Assembly: GCA_050946395.1 (NCBI GenBank)
Contig: JBMNUR010000001.1
Location: 1 to 55,084, forward strand
Length of the DNA stretch: 55,084 nt
Direction of reading: 5' to 3'
Origin: Peptococcales bacterium
GTDB taxonomy: Bacteria > Bacillota > Peptococcia > Peptococcales > BICA1-8
Shown one piece after another: positions 1 through 8,459 of the stretch. Position 1 is the first letter of the stretch. Each line of letters starts with the position of its first letter. The position numbers and the translations under genes are program-made. Under the pieces are notes generated by a model, which searched no databases, was not told the DNA's origin, and saw only the letters and a program-made list of their open reading frames with translations.

Positions 1-1576
1 TATTATTAGTTAGTTGAGCTTTGTCAATATCTAGTTTGTTTTGATAGCTATTTAGGGCCTGCTCGATTACTGCCTTTAATGAAATATTGAGACCTTTGTC
101 AATAATGATATGACAAATACCTAGAGCATGTCTTCTTAAAGCGTAAGGGTCTTGGGAGCCTGTAGGCTCAATACCCACCGCAAAACAACCGGCAATAGTA
201 TCCATTTTATCAGTGATACTTACTAAAGTTCCTTCCATGGTTTCGGGTAAAATATCTCCAGCATTACGTGGTAGGTAGTGTTCGAAAATTGCTTTGGCTA
301 CCACATGGTCTTCTCCGGAAAGCAGAGCATACTTTTCACCCATTATTCCCTGTAATTCCGGAAATTCGTAAACCATATTTGTTACCAAGTCGGCCTTAGA
401 TAGATGGGCAGCCCTTAAAGCTCTTTCTTCGATAGCCTTTTCTATACCTAAGGTGCAAGATAAATTAATAACACCAAGCTTTATACGTTCTACCTTTTCA
501 TAAATTGTTCCTAGACTCTCTTGAAACACAATTGCTTTTAGTTTTTCAACATACTCTTCCAATTTAACCTTCTGATCTTCATCATAAAAGAACTTAGCAT
601 CTGCCAGTCTTGCTTCCAGTACTTTTTCATTACCAGCTTGAACTATTTCCAGGTGATCTTTATTACCATTGCGTACAGTAATGAATCTAGGCAATAAATC
701 ACCATTAGCATCTAAAACCGGAAAATAACGCTGATGTTCTTTCATGGGTGTAATTACAGCTTCCTTGGGAATTGCCAGGTACTTTTCATCAAAACTACCC
801 ATTAAAGCGGTAGGATATTCAATTAAATATATAATTTCCTCTAATAACTCATCATCAGGTTCTACCTGTCCCCCTACTGAGGAAGCCAATTCTTCTATTT
901 CCTGAGCAATTACTTTTTTACGTTGGTTAGGGTCTACCATAACATAATTTTCTTCTAATAAAGCAAAATATTGATCCGCACTGGCAATATCGATTTCTTC
1001 TTTACCTAAAAAGCGATGGCCCCGGGAGATACTGTTACTTGTTACTTCTCCAATGTTAAAATTAATAATTTCCGTACCAAATAAAGCTACCAACCATCTA
1101 ATAGGTCGAGCATATTTAAGATCGGAATAACCCCACCGCATAGGTTTGGGGAAATTTATCCCCAGTACAAGTTGAGGTAGAATTTCTTTTAAAACCTCTT
1201 GTACAGGTCGACCGGCAATTTTTTTCAGGGCGAAAACATATGATCCACTATCAGTCTCTTTAACTGTTAAATTATTAACATCTACACCTTGCCCCCGGGC
1301 AAAACCTTGGGCAGCCTTGGTGGGATTGCCTTCACTATCAAATGCGACCTTAGCTGAAGGACCTTTTACTTCCTCTATCAAATCCCCCTGCACTTCCGGC
1401 AGACCCTGAACATAAAGCACAATTCTTCTGGGTGTTCCATAAGCTTTTACTTCTTGATAGGCTAGTCTGGCCTCACTGAATTTTTTCTCAGCCATTTCTT
1501 TTAATTGTTGTAAAGCCGGAGGCATAAATTTAGCAGGTATTTCTTCAGTACCTATTTCTAAAAGTAAATTACGCAT
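1..1576 (-). CDS. glyS: glycine--tRNA ligase beta subunit, N-terminal ~525 codons (3' end of gene lies beyond window start)
   Basis: Not in ORF track because it is open to the window edge. Minus frame is open from base 1 to ATG at 1574-1576. Hand translation starts [33 protein letters not shown]...GTPRRIVLYV, a typical GlyS N-terminus. Start overlaps the glyQ stop as TAATG. Confidence 0.9.
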   Translation of the reverse strand, partial: MRNLLLEIGTEEIPAKFMPPALQQLKEMAEKKFSEARLAYQEVKAYGTPRRIVLYVQGLPEVQGDLIEEVKGPSAKVAFDSEGNPTKAAQGFARGQGVDVNNLTVKETDSGSYVFALKKIAGRPVQEVLKEILPQLVLGINFPKPMRWGYSDLKYARPIRWLVALFGTEIINFNIGEVTSNSISRGHRFLGKEEIDIASADQYFALLEENYVMVDPNQRKKVIAQEIEELASSVGGQVEPDDELLEEIIYLIEYPTALMGSFDEKYLAIPKEAVITPMKEHQRYFPVLDANGDLLPRFITVRNGNKDHLEIVQAGNEKVLEARLADAKFFYDEDQKVKLEEYVEKLKAIVFQESLGTIYEKVERIKLGVINLSCTLGIEKAIEERALRAAHLSKADLVTNMVYEFPELQGIMGEKYALLSGEDHVVAKAIFEHYLPRNAGDILPETMEGTLVSITDKMDTIAGCFAVGIEPTGSQDPYALRRHALGICHIIIDKGLNISLKAVIEQALNSYQNKLDIDKAQLTNN

Positions 1577-2499
1577 TATTTTGCCTCCTTTTCTTTTTCT
1601 TCGATAAGACCCAAAGCTTCCCGCTCTTTGGGATTTTTAATTAAAGGATAACCTAAGGTTTCCCGTTGTTTCACATAACCCTGAGCGCAAACCCTGGCCA
1701 TATTTCTCACCCGGGCAATATAACCGGTACGCTCTGTAACACTAATAGCTCCTCGCGCATCTAAAAGGTTAAAAGCATGGGAACACTTCAATACATAATC
1801 ATAAGCTGGTTGGATAAGCCCTTTTTCTACAACCCTGATAGCTTCTTTTTCATAAGCATCAAAAAGCATAAACAGCATATCAGTATCGGCCACTTCAAAG
1901 TTATAATGAGAATAGTCTACTTCACCTTGATGGTGCACATCACCATAGGTAATACCATCTACCCATTCAATGTCATAGACACTATCTTTTTTCTGAATAA
2001 ACATAGCTAACCGTTCAATCCCATAAGTAATTTCACCACTTACCGGCTTACAGTCAATACCACCACACTGTTGGAAATAGGTGAACTGAGTTACTTCCAT
2101 CCCATCCAACCATACTTCCCAGCCTAAGCCCCAAGCACCTAAAGTAGGGGATTCCCAGTTATCCTCTACGAACCTAATATCATGCATAAGCGGGTCAATA
2201 CCAATAGCTCTCAAACTATCCAGATACAACTCCTGGATATTATCAGGTGATGGTTTAAGAATTACTTGATATTGATAATAATGCTGGAGCCTGTTGGGAT
2301 TTTCCCCGTAACGACCATCAGTAGGTCGGCGGGATGGTTCCACATAAGCCACATTCCATGGTTCAGGGCCTAAAGCTCGTAAAAAAGTAGCAGGATTCAT
2401 GGTTCCCGCACCTTTTTCTAAATCATAAGGCTGCTGAATAATACAGCCATGTTCACCCCAAAATTTATTCAGGGCTAGAATTAGTTCTTGAAAATTCAT
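1576..2499 (-). CDS. glyQ: glycine--tRNA ligase alpha subunit
   Basis: ORF 1576-2514. [26 protein letters not shown]... is strongly GlyQ-like. I prefer ATG at 2497-2499 (GGAG about 9 nt upstream) over the TTG at 2514. Confidence 0.93.
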   Translation of the reverse strand: MNFQELILALNKFWGEHGCIIQQPYDLEKGAGTMNPATFLRALGPEPWNVAYVEPSRRPTDGRYGENPNRLQHYYQYQVILKPSPDNIQELYLDSLRAIGIDPLMHDIRFVEDNWESPTLGAWGLGWEVWLDGMEVTQFTYFQQCGGIDCKPVSGEITYGIERLAMFIQKKDSVYDIEWVDGITYGDVHHQGEVDYSHYNFEVADTDMLFMLFDAYEKEAIRVVEKGLIQPAYDYVLKCSHAFNLLDARGAISVTERTGYIARVRNMARVCAQGYVKQRETLGYPLIKNPKEREALGLIEEKEKEAK

Positions 2500-2514
2500 A
2501 AAATCACACTCCAA

Positions 2515-2578
2515 TTCGTTAGTTCGTCAATTCGTGGGTTCGTCAATACGTCTACTCGTGGTGAGTGGGCACGTGGGC
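2515..2578. repeat. in-phase degenerate octamer array in glyQ leader
   Basis: TTCGTTAG TTCGTCAA TTCGTGGG TTCGTCAA TACGTCTA CTCGTGGT GAGTGGGC ACGTGGGC, with CGT/GTG at a fixed phase for 8 units. It lies between the T-box terminator and the glyQ SD. Confidence 0.75.
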
Positions 2579-2599
2579 GAGCCCCATACTACCTGTTGC

Positions 2600-2805
2600 A
2601 ACACAAAAAGCCTCCGCGTCCCTACAGACAGGGACGGGAGGCAAATTCCCGCGGTTCCACCCTGATTGATCTAAAATATTTAGATCCACCTCAAAGTAAA
2701 AAGCTCCAGAGTGCCATTCACTATTGTTCTTCACCGGACTTTCACTACCACCGGCTCGCTTGGGAAGTTTGCAATAGATACTCCTCTCTGTCATTGCTAT
2801 ATATG
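2600..2805 (-). promoter_or_regulatory. T-box leader (tRNA-Gly sensing) with intrinsic terminator
   Basis: Minus strand reads AUCAGGGUGGAACCGCGGGA (revcomp of ~2645-2664), matching the T-box consensus. It is followed by hairpin GCCUCCCGUCCC...GGGACGCGGAGGC plus U5 (2605-2642). A stem I AGAGAGGAG motif sits at ~2781-2790. Candidate specifier GGC (revcomp of 2713-2715) is followed by A. The leader is upstream of glyQS, as in many Firmicutes. Confidence 0.85.
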
Positions 2806-2829
2806 GGTTTTTTCGTCTAATTTAGTTTA

Positions 2830-2858
2830 AATTTAGCAAAAATATTTTATGATGTCAA
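2830..2858 (-). promoter_or_regulatory. candidate sigma-A promoter for the glyQS T-box leader
   Basis: Minus strand TTGACA (2858-2853), 17 nt spacer, TAAATT (2835-2830). Confidence 0.45.
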
Positions 2859-2919
2859 GAGCGATTGCGGAATGACACACGGGTCGTTCCCTACAACACT
2901 GTTCCAATCTTTCACTGTT

Positions 2920-3351
2920 TCACTGTTCTTCATAATCATACAGTTGTATTTCCTGGGTTTCAACTTTTCCTCCGGGTCTTTCGATTTCCAAGGTATACTT
3001 ATTAGCAAGGGCTGCTACAGTACCCAAAGCTGCCACCAAAGCAAAGGTAGAACTTACAGCAGCACCGGCCAAACCTAGGACACCCACATTTATCGGGAAC
3101 TCAAAAACAGTTTTATCCTCTTTTTTTAACTTTATTTTATTGACATTACCCTTTTTTATGATTTCTTTCACCTGGGCCATGATTTGTTTGCCTTTTTTCT
3201 GTAAATCTTCATCCAGGTTAGATCTTTGCTCTTCGATAAAAATTAAGGCCTGAACTACATCTCCTCCGGCTTTATCTAAAGCCTCTTTGGCCTCTTTATA
3301 ACCTACTCCCGTTCTTTCTCGCAATAGGTCAATTTTGGCTAGTTCATCCAT
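2920..3351 (-). CDS. DUF4342-like protein with N-terminal UBA/EF-Ts-N-like domain
   Basis: ORF 2920-3432. I place the start at ATG 3349-3351 (MDELAKIDLLRERTGVGYKEAKEALDKAGGDVVQAL...), preceded by GAAGGGGG. The C-terminal Gly/Ala-rich hydrophobic segment is typical of the family. Confidence 0.7.
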   Translation of the reverse strand: MDELAKIDLLRERTGVGYKEAKEALDKAGGDVVQALIFIEEQRSNLDEDLQKKGKQIMAQVKEIIKKGNVNKIKLKKEDKTVFEFPINVGVLGLAGAAVSSTFALVAALGTVAALANKYTLEIERPGGKVETQEIQLYDYEEQ

Positions 3352-3472
3352 CAAAATACCCCCTTCAGAATAAATTATACCCTGGCGAAGGGAAAAAATA
3401 CCTTCAAAAGTTGGAATGTTACTATCGACCAACCCAATAAATTATCCCAGTAGTCTAATAACGCGCCTACGT

Positions 3473-4231
3473 TTAAATCGTCAATGCGTTTAGAAACTCC
3501 TTTGACTTCAATTTCTTGCCTAAACAAAAAACAATATGTAAATCCAGTATTTCATCCAATTCTTTTTTAGCATTAGTAGAAATCCGTAAACGATTAATTT
3601 TTCTTAATTCCATAGTCATAAGCTGTCTCAATATGACACATGTTTCTCCGCTGGCTTTGACAACTGAAAGTCCGGGCTTATCACTTAAGCATTGGCCACA
3701 GAGAAAGCCACCGAGTTCCGGAGAGAAATAATTAATACCAGCTTCTTTCCGGCCACAATTGGCACAACTACCTAAAATAGGTTCATAACCCAATTGCCGC
3801 AATAAGCGAAGCTCCATGACCTTTGTGGCTAGCCAAGGTTCTTCTAGGGATAATAAATATAAACCCATTAAAATTACCTTAAAAAGCTTTTCATCACTTT
3901 CCCCTTCAGGTATGAGATTTTCGAGGAGGTCAGCTAGATAAGCAGTAGAGCTCATCCGGGAAAGGTCTTCCCTTAAAGGGGCAAAAGTATTAATGGGTTC
4001 TGCTTGGGTTACTGTAGCTAAATTTTTTCCTAGATAAAGTACCACATTGGTATGGCTAAAAACCTGGACTCCGCCACGCAGTTTACTTTTTGGTTTTTTT
4101 ACTCCTTTAACAATAGCTGCAAGCTTTCCTGCCTTTTCCGTATAAAGAGTAAGAAGCTGATCTGCTTCATTATAATTTCGTGCCCGTAAAACCACCGCAC
4201 TAGTTTTCAAAATTTCCGGCAACTGCTTCAC
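3473..4231 (-). CDS. recO: DNA repair protein RecO
   Basis: 252 aa ORF with GTG start. It has an OB-fold-like N-terminus and the CANCG...CGQC zinc motif typical of RecO, and the conserved position after yqzL. Confidence 0.88.
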   Translation of the reverse strand: MKQLPEILKTSAVVLRARNYNEADQLLTLYTEKAGKLAAIVKGVKKPKSKLRGGVQVFSHTNVVLYLGKNLATVTQAEPINTFAPLREDLSRMSSTAYLADLLENLIPEGESDEKLFKVILMGLYLLSLEEPWLATKVMELRLLRQLGYEPILGSCANCGRKEAGINYFSPELGGFLCGQCLSDKPGLSVVKASGETCVILRQLMTMELRKINRLRISTNAKKELDEILDLHIVFCLGKKLKSKEFLNALTI

Positions 4232-4360
4232 CTACTCTTCTTCTGGAACAACCTTAGGAATCAAATCTTCATCTTCCACCAACATCTGTTTATAGATTAA
4301 ATATGCTCCTACTCCACCTGTATGCTGAAAATATTGCCAAAAAAAGTCCTTTATCTGCAT
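4232..4360 (-). CDS. yqzL: YqzL-like small protein (42 aa)
   Basis: Below the ORF-track cutoff. Hand translation is MQIKDFFWQYFQHTGGVGAYLIYKQMLVEDEDLIPKVVPEEE. AAAGGA lies 8 nt upstream of ATG 4358-4360, and the TAG stop abuts the recO GTG. Position and the W..F..TG...YL.YK pattern match the B. subtilis yqzL family. Confidence 0.6.
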   Translation of the reverse strand: MQIKDFFWQYFQHTGGVGAYLIYKQMLVEDEDLIPKVVPEEE

Positions 4361-4558
4361 GGTGACCATCCTTTCTGTTTGGGACTTACTCACGCAGTAT
4401 AGTTTATCAAAGAAAATCGATAGGTATACTGCCCTTCTTTTTCCACCAGGATATGATTCCTATCACTATTTATTATAAATCTTTTTTACAAAAATAGTAA
4501 ATACATTTCACCATCTATAACTGTTGCTTAACTACTCTTTAACCAATATTGTTTTGTT

Positions 4559-4587
4559 ACATAATATTTGTTAATTATCCCATACTA
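4559..4587 (+). promoter_or_regulatory. candidate forespore (sigma-G/F type) promoter for the ger operon
   Basis: ACATA (4559-4563), 17 nt spacer, CATACTA (4581-4587), compared with consensus GHATR-17/18-CATXHTA. It lies upstream of the ger genes. Confidence 0.4.
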
Positions 4588-4701
4588 AAGTTATTAAAAA
4601 AGTTTCCAAAGAAAGGGCTTTATCAGTGAAATTTTTTAAATGGAAAAAAAAAGAAAAATAATAAGGACACAAAAGAAAATATAAATGTTCCGGTAGCAGA
4701 A

Positions 4702-5820
4702 GTGCCCTCTTCTATACCTATGGAAATTCCTATTTTCCAAAATACTCCCAGGGCAAAGCATCAAGTAGGACGGGGCCCCCAAAGACTTAACTCGGAGAAT
4801 TTGGAATTTAATCTTTCCACCCTAAAAAAAATGTTACCTGATCCCAATCTAGTTGTTGAAAATTTTACCATTGGTAGTCGTACCCAAACTAAAGTAAGTA
4901 TTGTTTACCTTAAAGATATCGTACATCAAGGTATTTTACAAGAAGTTAAAACTAGACTGGAAAAGATTCATGCTGAAATAATTTTAGATTCTAATTTTAT
5001 CGAAAAAAACATTCAAAATTTCACCTGGAGTCCTTTCCCCCAAGTGGAAAAAACTAATCGCCCTGATGTTACTATATTTGCTCTTAACCAAGGTCGAATC
5101 GCAATTCTAGTAAATGGTACTCCCGATACATTATTAGCCCCCACGACTTTATTTGACATTTTAGATACTTATGACGATTCCTACCACAGATGGTTTGTTG
5201 CCAGCAGTTTTTTTCGCATAGCCCGAATTATACTCCTATTAATAGCAACCTTTTTACCGGCTTTTCATATTTCCTTGACTTCCTATAATCCGGAACTTAT
5301 TCCTACTATCTTATCTTTTAATATTATCGCAGCACGTAGTTCTAGTCCTTTACCCGTTTATTTAGAAACTTTTATTCTAATCGGAATAGCAGAAGCAACG
5401 CGGATGGTCATGTTAAGGTTTCCCACCTTTATTGGCCAAACTGTAGCTCTTTTTGCCCCAATATCTTTAGTTTTAACAGGCCTTGCCTCCAATATGTTTG
5501 GCGCACCCCTGATTATTATTGTTACCCTGTCTATTATTGCTACTTATACTATCTCCGACTTTGACTTACGTTCTTCAGTCCGGATGATCCAATTTTTCAC
5601 TATGCTCTTCTCCACATTTTTCGGTCTTTTCGGGCTAGCTATGGCATTTTTCTATATAAATATTCATCTGGTAACACTCAAATCTTTTGGTGTTCCCTAT
5701 CTAGCACCCCTAGCACCTATGAATTTAAGTGCCTGGGGGCACACTATTTTGAAAGAAGATACAACTGATATGCCGCCTGATACAACCTATAAACGAAAAT
5801 TAGGTGATAACAATGAATAA
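4702..5820 (+). CDS. GerA-family spore germination protein, A subunit (short N-terminal domain; likely 5' frameshift, see findings)
   Basis: 372 aa ORF. The stretch GRGPQRLNSENLEFNLSTLKKML...SPFPQVEKTNRPDV...GRIAILVNGTPDTLLAPTTLF plus 5 TM segments aligns to the GerAA core. A better SD plus GTG lies at 4626 in another frame. Confidence 0.8.
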   Translation: MPSSIPMEIPIFQNTPRAKHQVGRGPQRLNSENLEFNLSTLKKMLPDPNLVVENFTIGSRTQTKVSIVYLKDIVHQGILQEVKTRLEKIHAEIILDSNFIEKNIQNFTWSPFPQVEKTNRPDVTIFALNQGRIAILVNGTPDTLLAPTTLFDILDTYDDSYHRWFVASSFFRIARIILLLIATFLPAFHISLTSYNPELIPTILSFNIIAARSSSPLPVYLETFILIGIAEATRMVMLRFPTFIGQTVALFAPISLVLTGLASNMFGAPLIIIVTLSIIATYTISDFDLRSSVRMIQFFTMLFSTFFGLFGLAMAFFYINIHLVTLKSFGVPYLAPLAPMNLSAWGHTILKEDTTDMPPDTTYKRKLGDNNE

Positions 5821-6929
5821 GACCTTTAAATTTCAAGAGAAGATTTACCCCCAGGCTTTAATGATTCTCATATTTATCGGTTTAAGTGAGTGTATACTCA
5901 TCCATTTTACCTACATGGTCGTAAGTATCGCGGGCCGAGATGCTTGGCTAGTGGTTATTTTAGGCAGCCTTTTTAGTTTTCTTCTGGTCTATTTATTGAT
6001 CACTTTAGCCAATAGATTTCCAAAAGAAACTTTTTTTCGAATATAGCAAAAAAATCTGGGGCAAACCTATTACATACCTGTTAGTCATTGGCTATTTTTT
6101 CTACTGGTTAACATATATAACTTTATTTCTCGAGGATACTGTACAAATCAACAAAATGTTTTTTTTGCAGAAAACCCCCGTGATTGTACAAAACATTTTG
6201 TTACTCATTGGGATTATATGGATAATATCTTATGGCTTTAGTAATTTAGTCCGTTTTTATCAAGTAATGTTGCCCTTTTTTATAGGATTTTTATTGGTAA
6301 GTATTGGCCTCTCCTTACAAAAAATAGACTTTTCCACCTTTTTCCCCATCCTGGAAAATGGTTTTTTACCCCTTATTAAAGGTACTATTGTATATTGTGG
6401 GTTTCTGCAAGGGATCGAAGTTATTTTATTTACCTACCCCTTTTTTTCTAAAGGTAACAAAAAATCACTCTATAAAAATGCTTTAATAGGAGTAGGTCTC
6501 ATCAACTTTTTAGCTTTGACACAAATCCTCATTAGTGTGGGGGGATTAGGTTTACACTGTGTTAGAGAGTTATTATGGCCTAATTTTACCGTTCTACAAC
6601 TTATTGAAATACCTGGTCTTATCGGAGAAAGATTTGACCTATTATTTACCTTTGCCTGGTTTATTTCTTTATTTTGTGCCGGTATTTTATTTTATTATCT
6701 AGCAGCATATGGAATAATTGTAGCCTTTAAAATAAAAAACAAAAAATTTATTATTCTTTTAGTGGGAGTATTCACCATGATGTTTTCCTATATTATTCCT
6801 AATTACGCTTGGAGTACCCTTATCTGGCAAATCATAAACTACATAACAATTGTCTTTATTTTTTTAATACCTTTACTGACTCTCCTACTTGCCCTCTTCC
6901 GTAAGCAAGGGAGGCCGAGCCATGATTAA
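5813..6929 (+). pseudogene. GerAB-type spore germination permease split by a frameshift in a T7 run
   Basis: ORFs 5804-6046 and 6156-6929 are two halves of one permease. Deleting one T from T7 (6031-6037) reads ...FPKETFFEYSKKIWGKPITYLLVIGYFFYW... continuously. ATG 5813 is preceded by AGGTGA. Confidence 0.8.
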
Positions 6930-8067
6930 GAGAACATATTTTTATCTATTAACTTTAGCTTTATTATTTACCGGTACCGGCTGCTGGGACTTATTAGATA
7001 TTAATGACCGAGCGTATATCACTACTATTGGATTAGACAAACCGGCCAACCCTTTAACTGCAACCGGCGAAATACCTAATAGATATAAAGTAACCGCTGA
7101 AATACTATTACCCAATTTATTTAAAGAATCAGCCTCACGATTAGAAAGGAATAAAGAAACAGCAAGTGTCATTTATACTGCTGAAGGTGAAACAATTCAA
7201 AAGGCCATAGATGATATCCAAGCCAGGGTGCCTTTTAAAATATCCCTTGCTCATTTTAATATCTTAATTATCGGAGAAGATTTAGCTAGAGAAAGTTTGA
7301 AAAATCCTTTGGATTATTTTAAAAGAAACCCGGACGTAGCTAGGAGGTTAAGGGTATTTTTTGCCCATAATAGTGAGGCTAAAGATATTTTTAAACTAAA
7401 ACCCCAATTTTCCCAACTAATTTCCATGGAATTAATTACTCCTAAGCCCCTAGATTTATCTATGAATAGGTATGAACCGTTTAGTGATATATTAAAAGAA
7501 ATGTATATCAATAATGGAATATCATTAGGGGCGCGGCTTTTTCTATCGGATGGGGGAGAATCAGTAACTCGCCATGGTGCTTGTGTTTTTAAGGACTGGA
7601 AACTTTTTGGTTGGTTAAGTAAAGATGAAACAAGACATGCCAACTGGTTTGTAGGTAAGGGGGAGTCTATAGTTGTAGGGCAATCAAAAGACGAAGTTTT
7701 TTCCTACTATATTGAGAAAAGAAAACTAAAAATACAACCAAAAGTCGAAAATAATGAATTAAGCTTCATGGTTAATTTAAAAACCCAGGGTGTTATTTTA
7801 CAAAAAGAAGGTAATCATATGTTAAGTGAGATAAAAGACATACGAAAGCTTGAAGAGCTTTTTAATAAAGTTATTGAAAAAGAAGTAAAACATGCTATCC
7901 ATAAAGCCCAAAAAGATTTGCAAACAGATTATTTAGGCTTTGGTATGAAACTTTATAATAAGTACCCTCAAATGTATAAAAGCCTTGATTGGGAAGAAAC
8001 TTTCCCCAATGTACCCATAAACGTGCAAGTTGAAGCAACTATTTCAAGTTTTGGACAAGCAAGATGA
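6922..8067 (+). CDS. Ger(x)C-family spore germination lipoprotein
   Basis: ORF 6889-8067. ATG at 6922 is preceded by AAGGGAGG. The signal peptide and lipobox read MIKRTYFYLLTLALLFTGTGC. The start overlaps the gerAB stop (ATGATTAA). Confidence 0.85.
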   Translation: MIKRTYFYLLTLALLFTGTGCWDLLDINDRAYITTIGLDKPANPLTATGEIPNRYKVTAEILLPNLFKESASRLERNKETASVIYTAEGETIQKAIDDIQARVPFKISLAHFNILIIGEDLARESLKNPLDYFKRNPDVARRLRVFFAHNSEAKDIFKLKPQFSQLISMELITPKPLDLSMNRYEPFSDILKEMYINNGISLGARLFLSDGGESVTRHGACVFKDWKLFGWLSKDETRHANWFVGKGESIVVGQSKDEVFSYYIEKRKLKIQPKVENNELSFMVNLKTQGVILQKEGNHMLSEIKDIRKLEELFNKVIEKEVKHAIHKAQKDLQTDYLGFGMKLYNKYPQMYKSLDWEETFPNVPINVQVEATISSFGQAR

Positions 8068-8138
8068 TTTTGAGGGGCTTCGCCCCGTATCTACTGTAGC
8101 TACAGTATCTACAGTTCTACAGAAAGAAGTCGCTATCT

Positions 8139-8228
8139 GTCATCGCGAGGAGCGATAGCGACGTGGCGATCCCGGTTGTGGAGATAATCGCGTAAAGGAG
8201 GGATTGCTTCACTAACGTTCATAATGAC
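8139..8228. repeat. GTCAT...ATGAC imperfect palindrome (33-mer family)
   Basis: Left arm GTCATCGCGAGGAGCGATAGCGACGTGGCGATC (8139-8171) recurs at 35571-35603 (identical, inverted) and at 22778-22810 (1 mismatch). The right arm is a degenerate inverted copy ending ATAATGAC. Confidence 0.8.
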
Positions 8229-8231
8229 CAG

Positions 8232-8261
8232 AAAAAGGGCAGACACAAAGCCTGCCCCTAC
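8232..8261 (-). terminator. REP-like GTAG hairpin acting as feo operon terminator
   Basis: Minus strand reads GTAGGGGCAGGCTTTGTGTCTGCCC followed by TTTTTCT. It lies downstream of feoB and the small ORF. Confidence 0.65.
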
Positions 8262-8309
8262 AATCCATATAACCATGTGCCCTCCGGCACATTGAAAAAA
8301 AATCTATAT

Positions 8310-8456
8310 TCATCTGTGCTCATCTATAGCTACCTTTTTTATTGAGCATTTGCCACAATTAGTACATCCGCCTGTGTGCAGAAGGCTTTTAAAGCATCTG
8401 GGACAACGAACAGCATTTTCCTCTCTTATTTCATAACCACATTGGGGACATTTCAT
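8310..8456 (-). CDS. small Cys-rich zinc-ribbon protein (48 aa) translationally coupled to feoB
   Basis: Hand translation is MKCPQCGYEIREENAVRCPRCFKSLLHTGGCTNCGKCSIKKVAIDEHR. AGGAGGG lies inside the feoB 3' end, 7 nt before the ATG, and the ATG is 3 nt after the feoB TAA. Confidence 0.55.
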   Translation of the reverse strand: MKCPQCGYEIREENAVRCPRCFKSLLHTGGCTNCGKCSIKKVAIDEHR

Positions 8457-8459
8457 TAT

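Noticed and set aside
2488-2820. ORFs 2488-2820 (+) and 2552-2794 (-) upstream of glyQ
   Set aside because: They lie entirely within the T-box leader and terminator, have no SD, and their odd composition comes from RNA structure. They are not coding.
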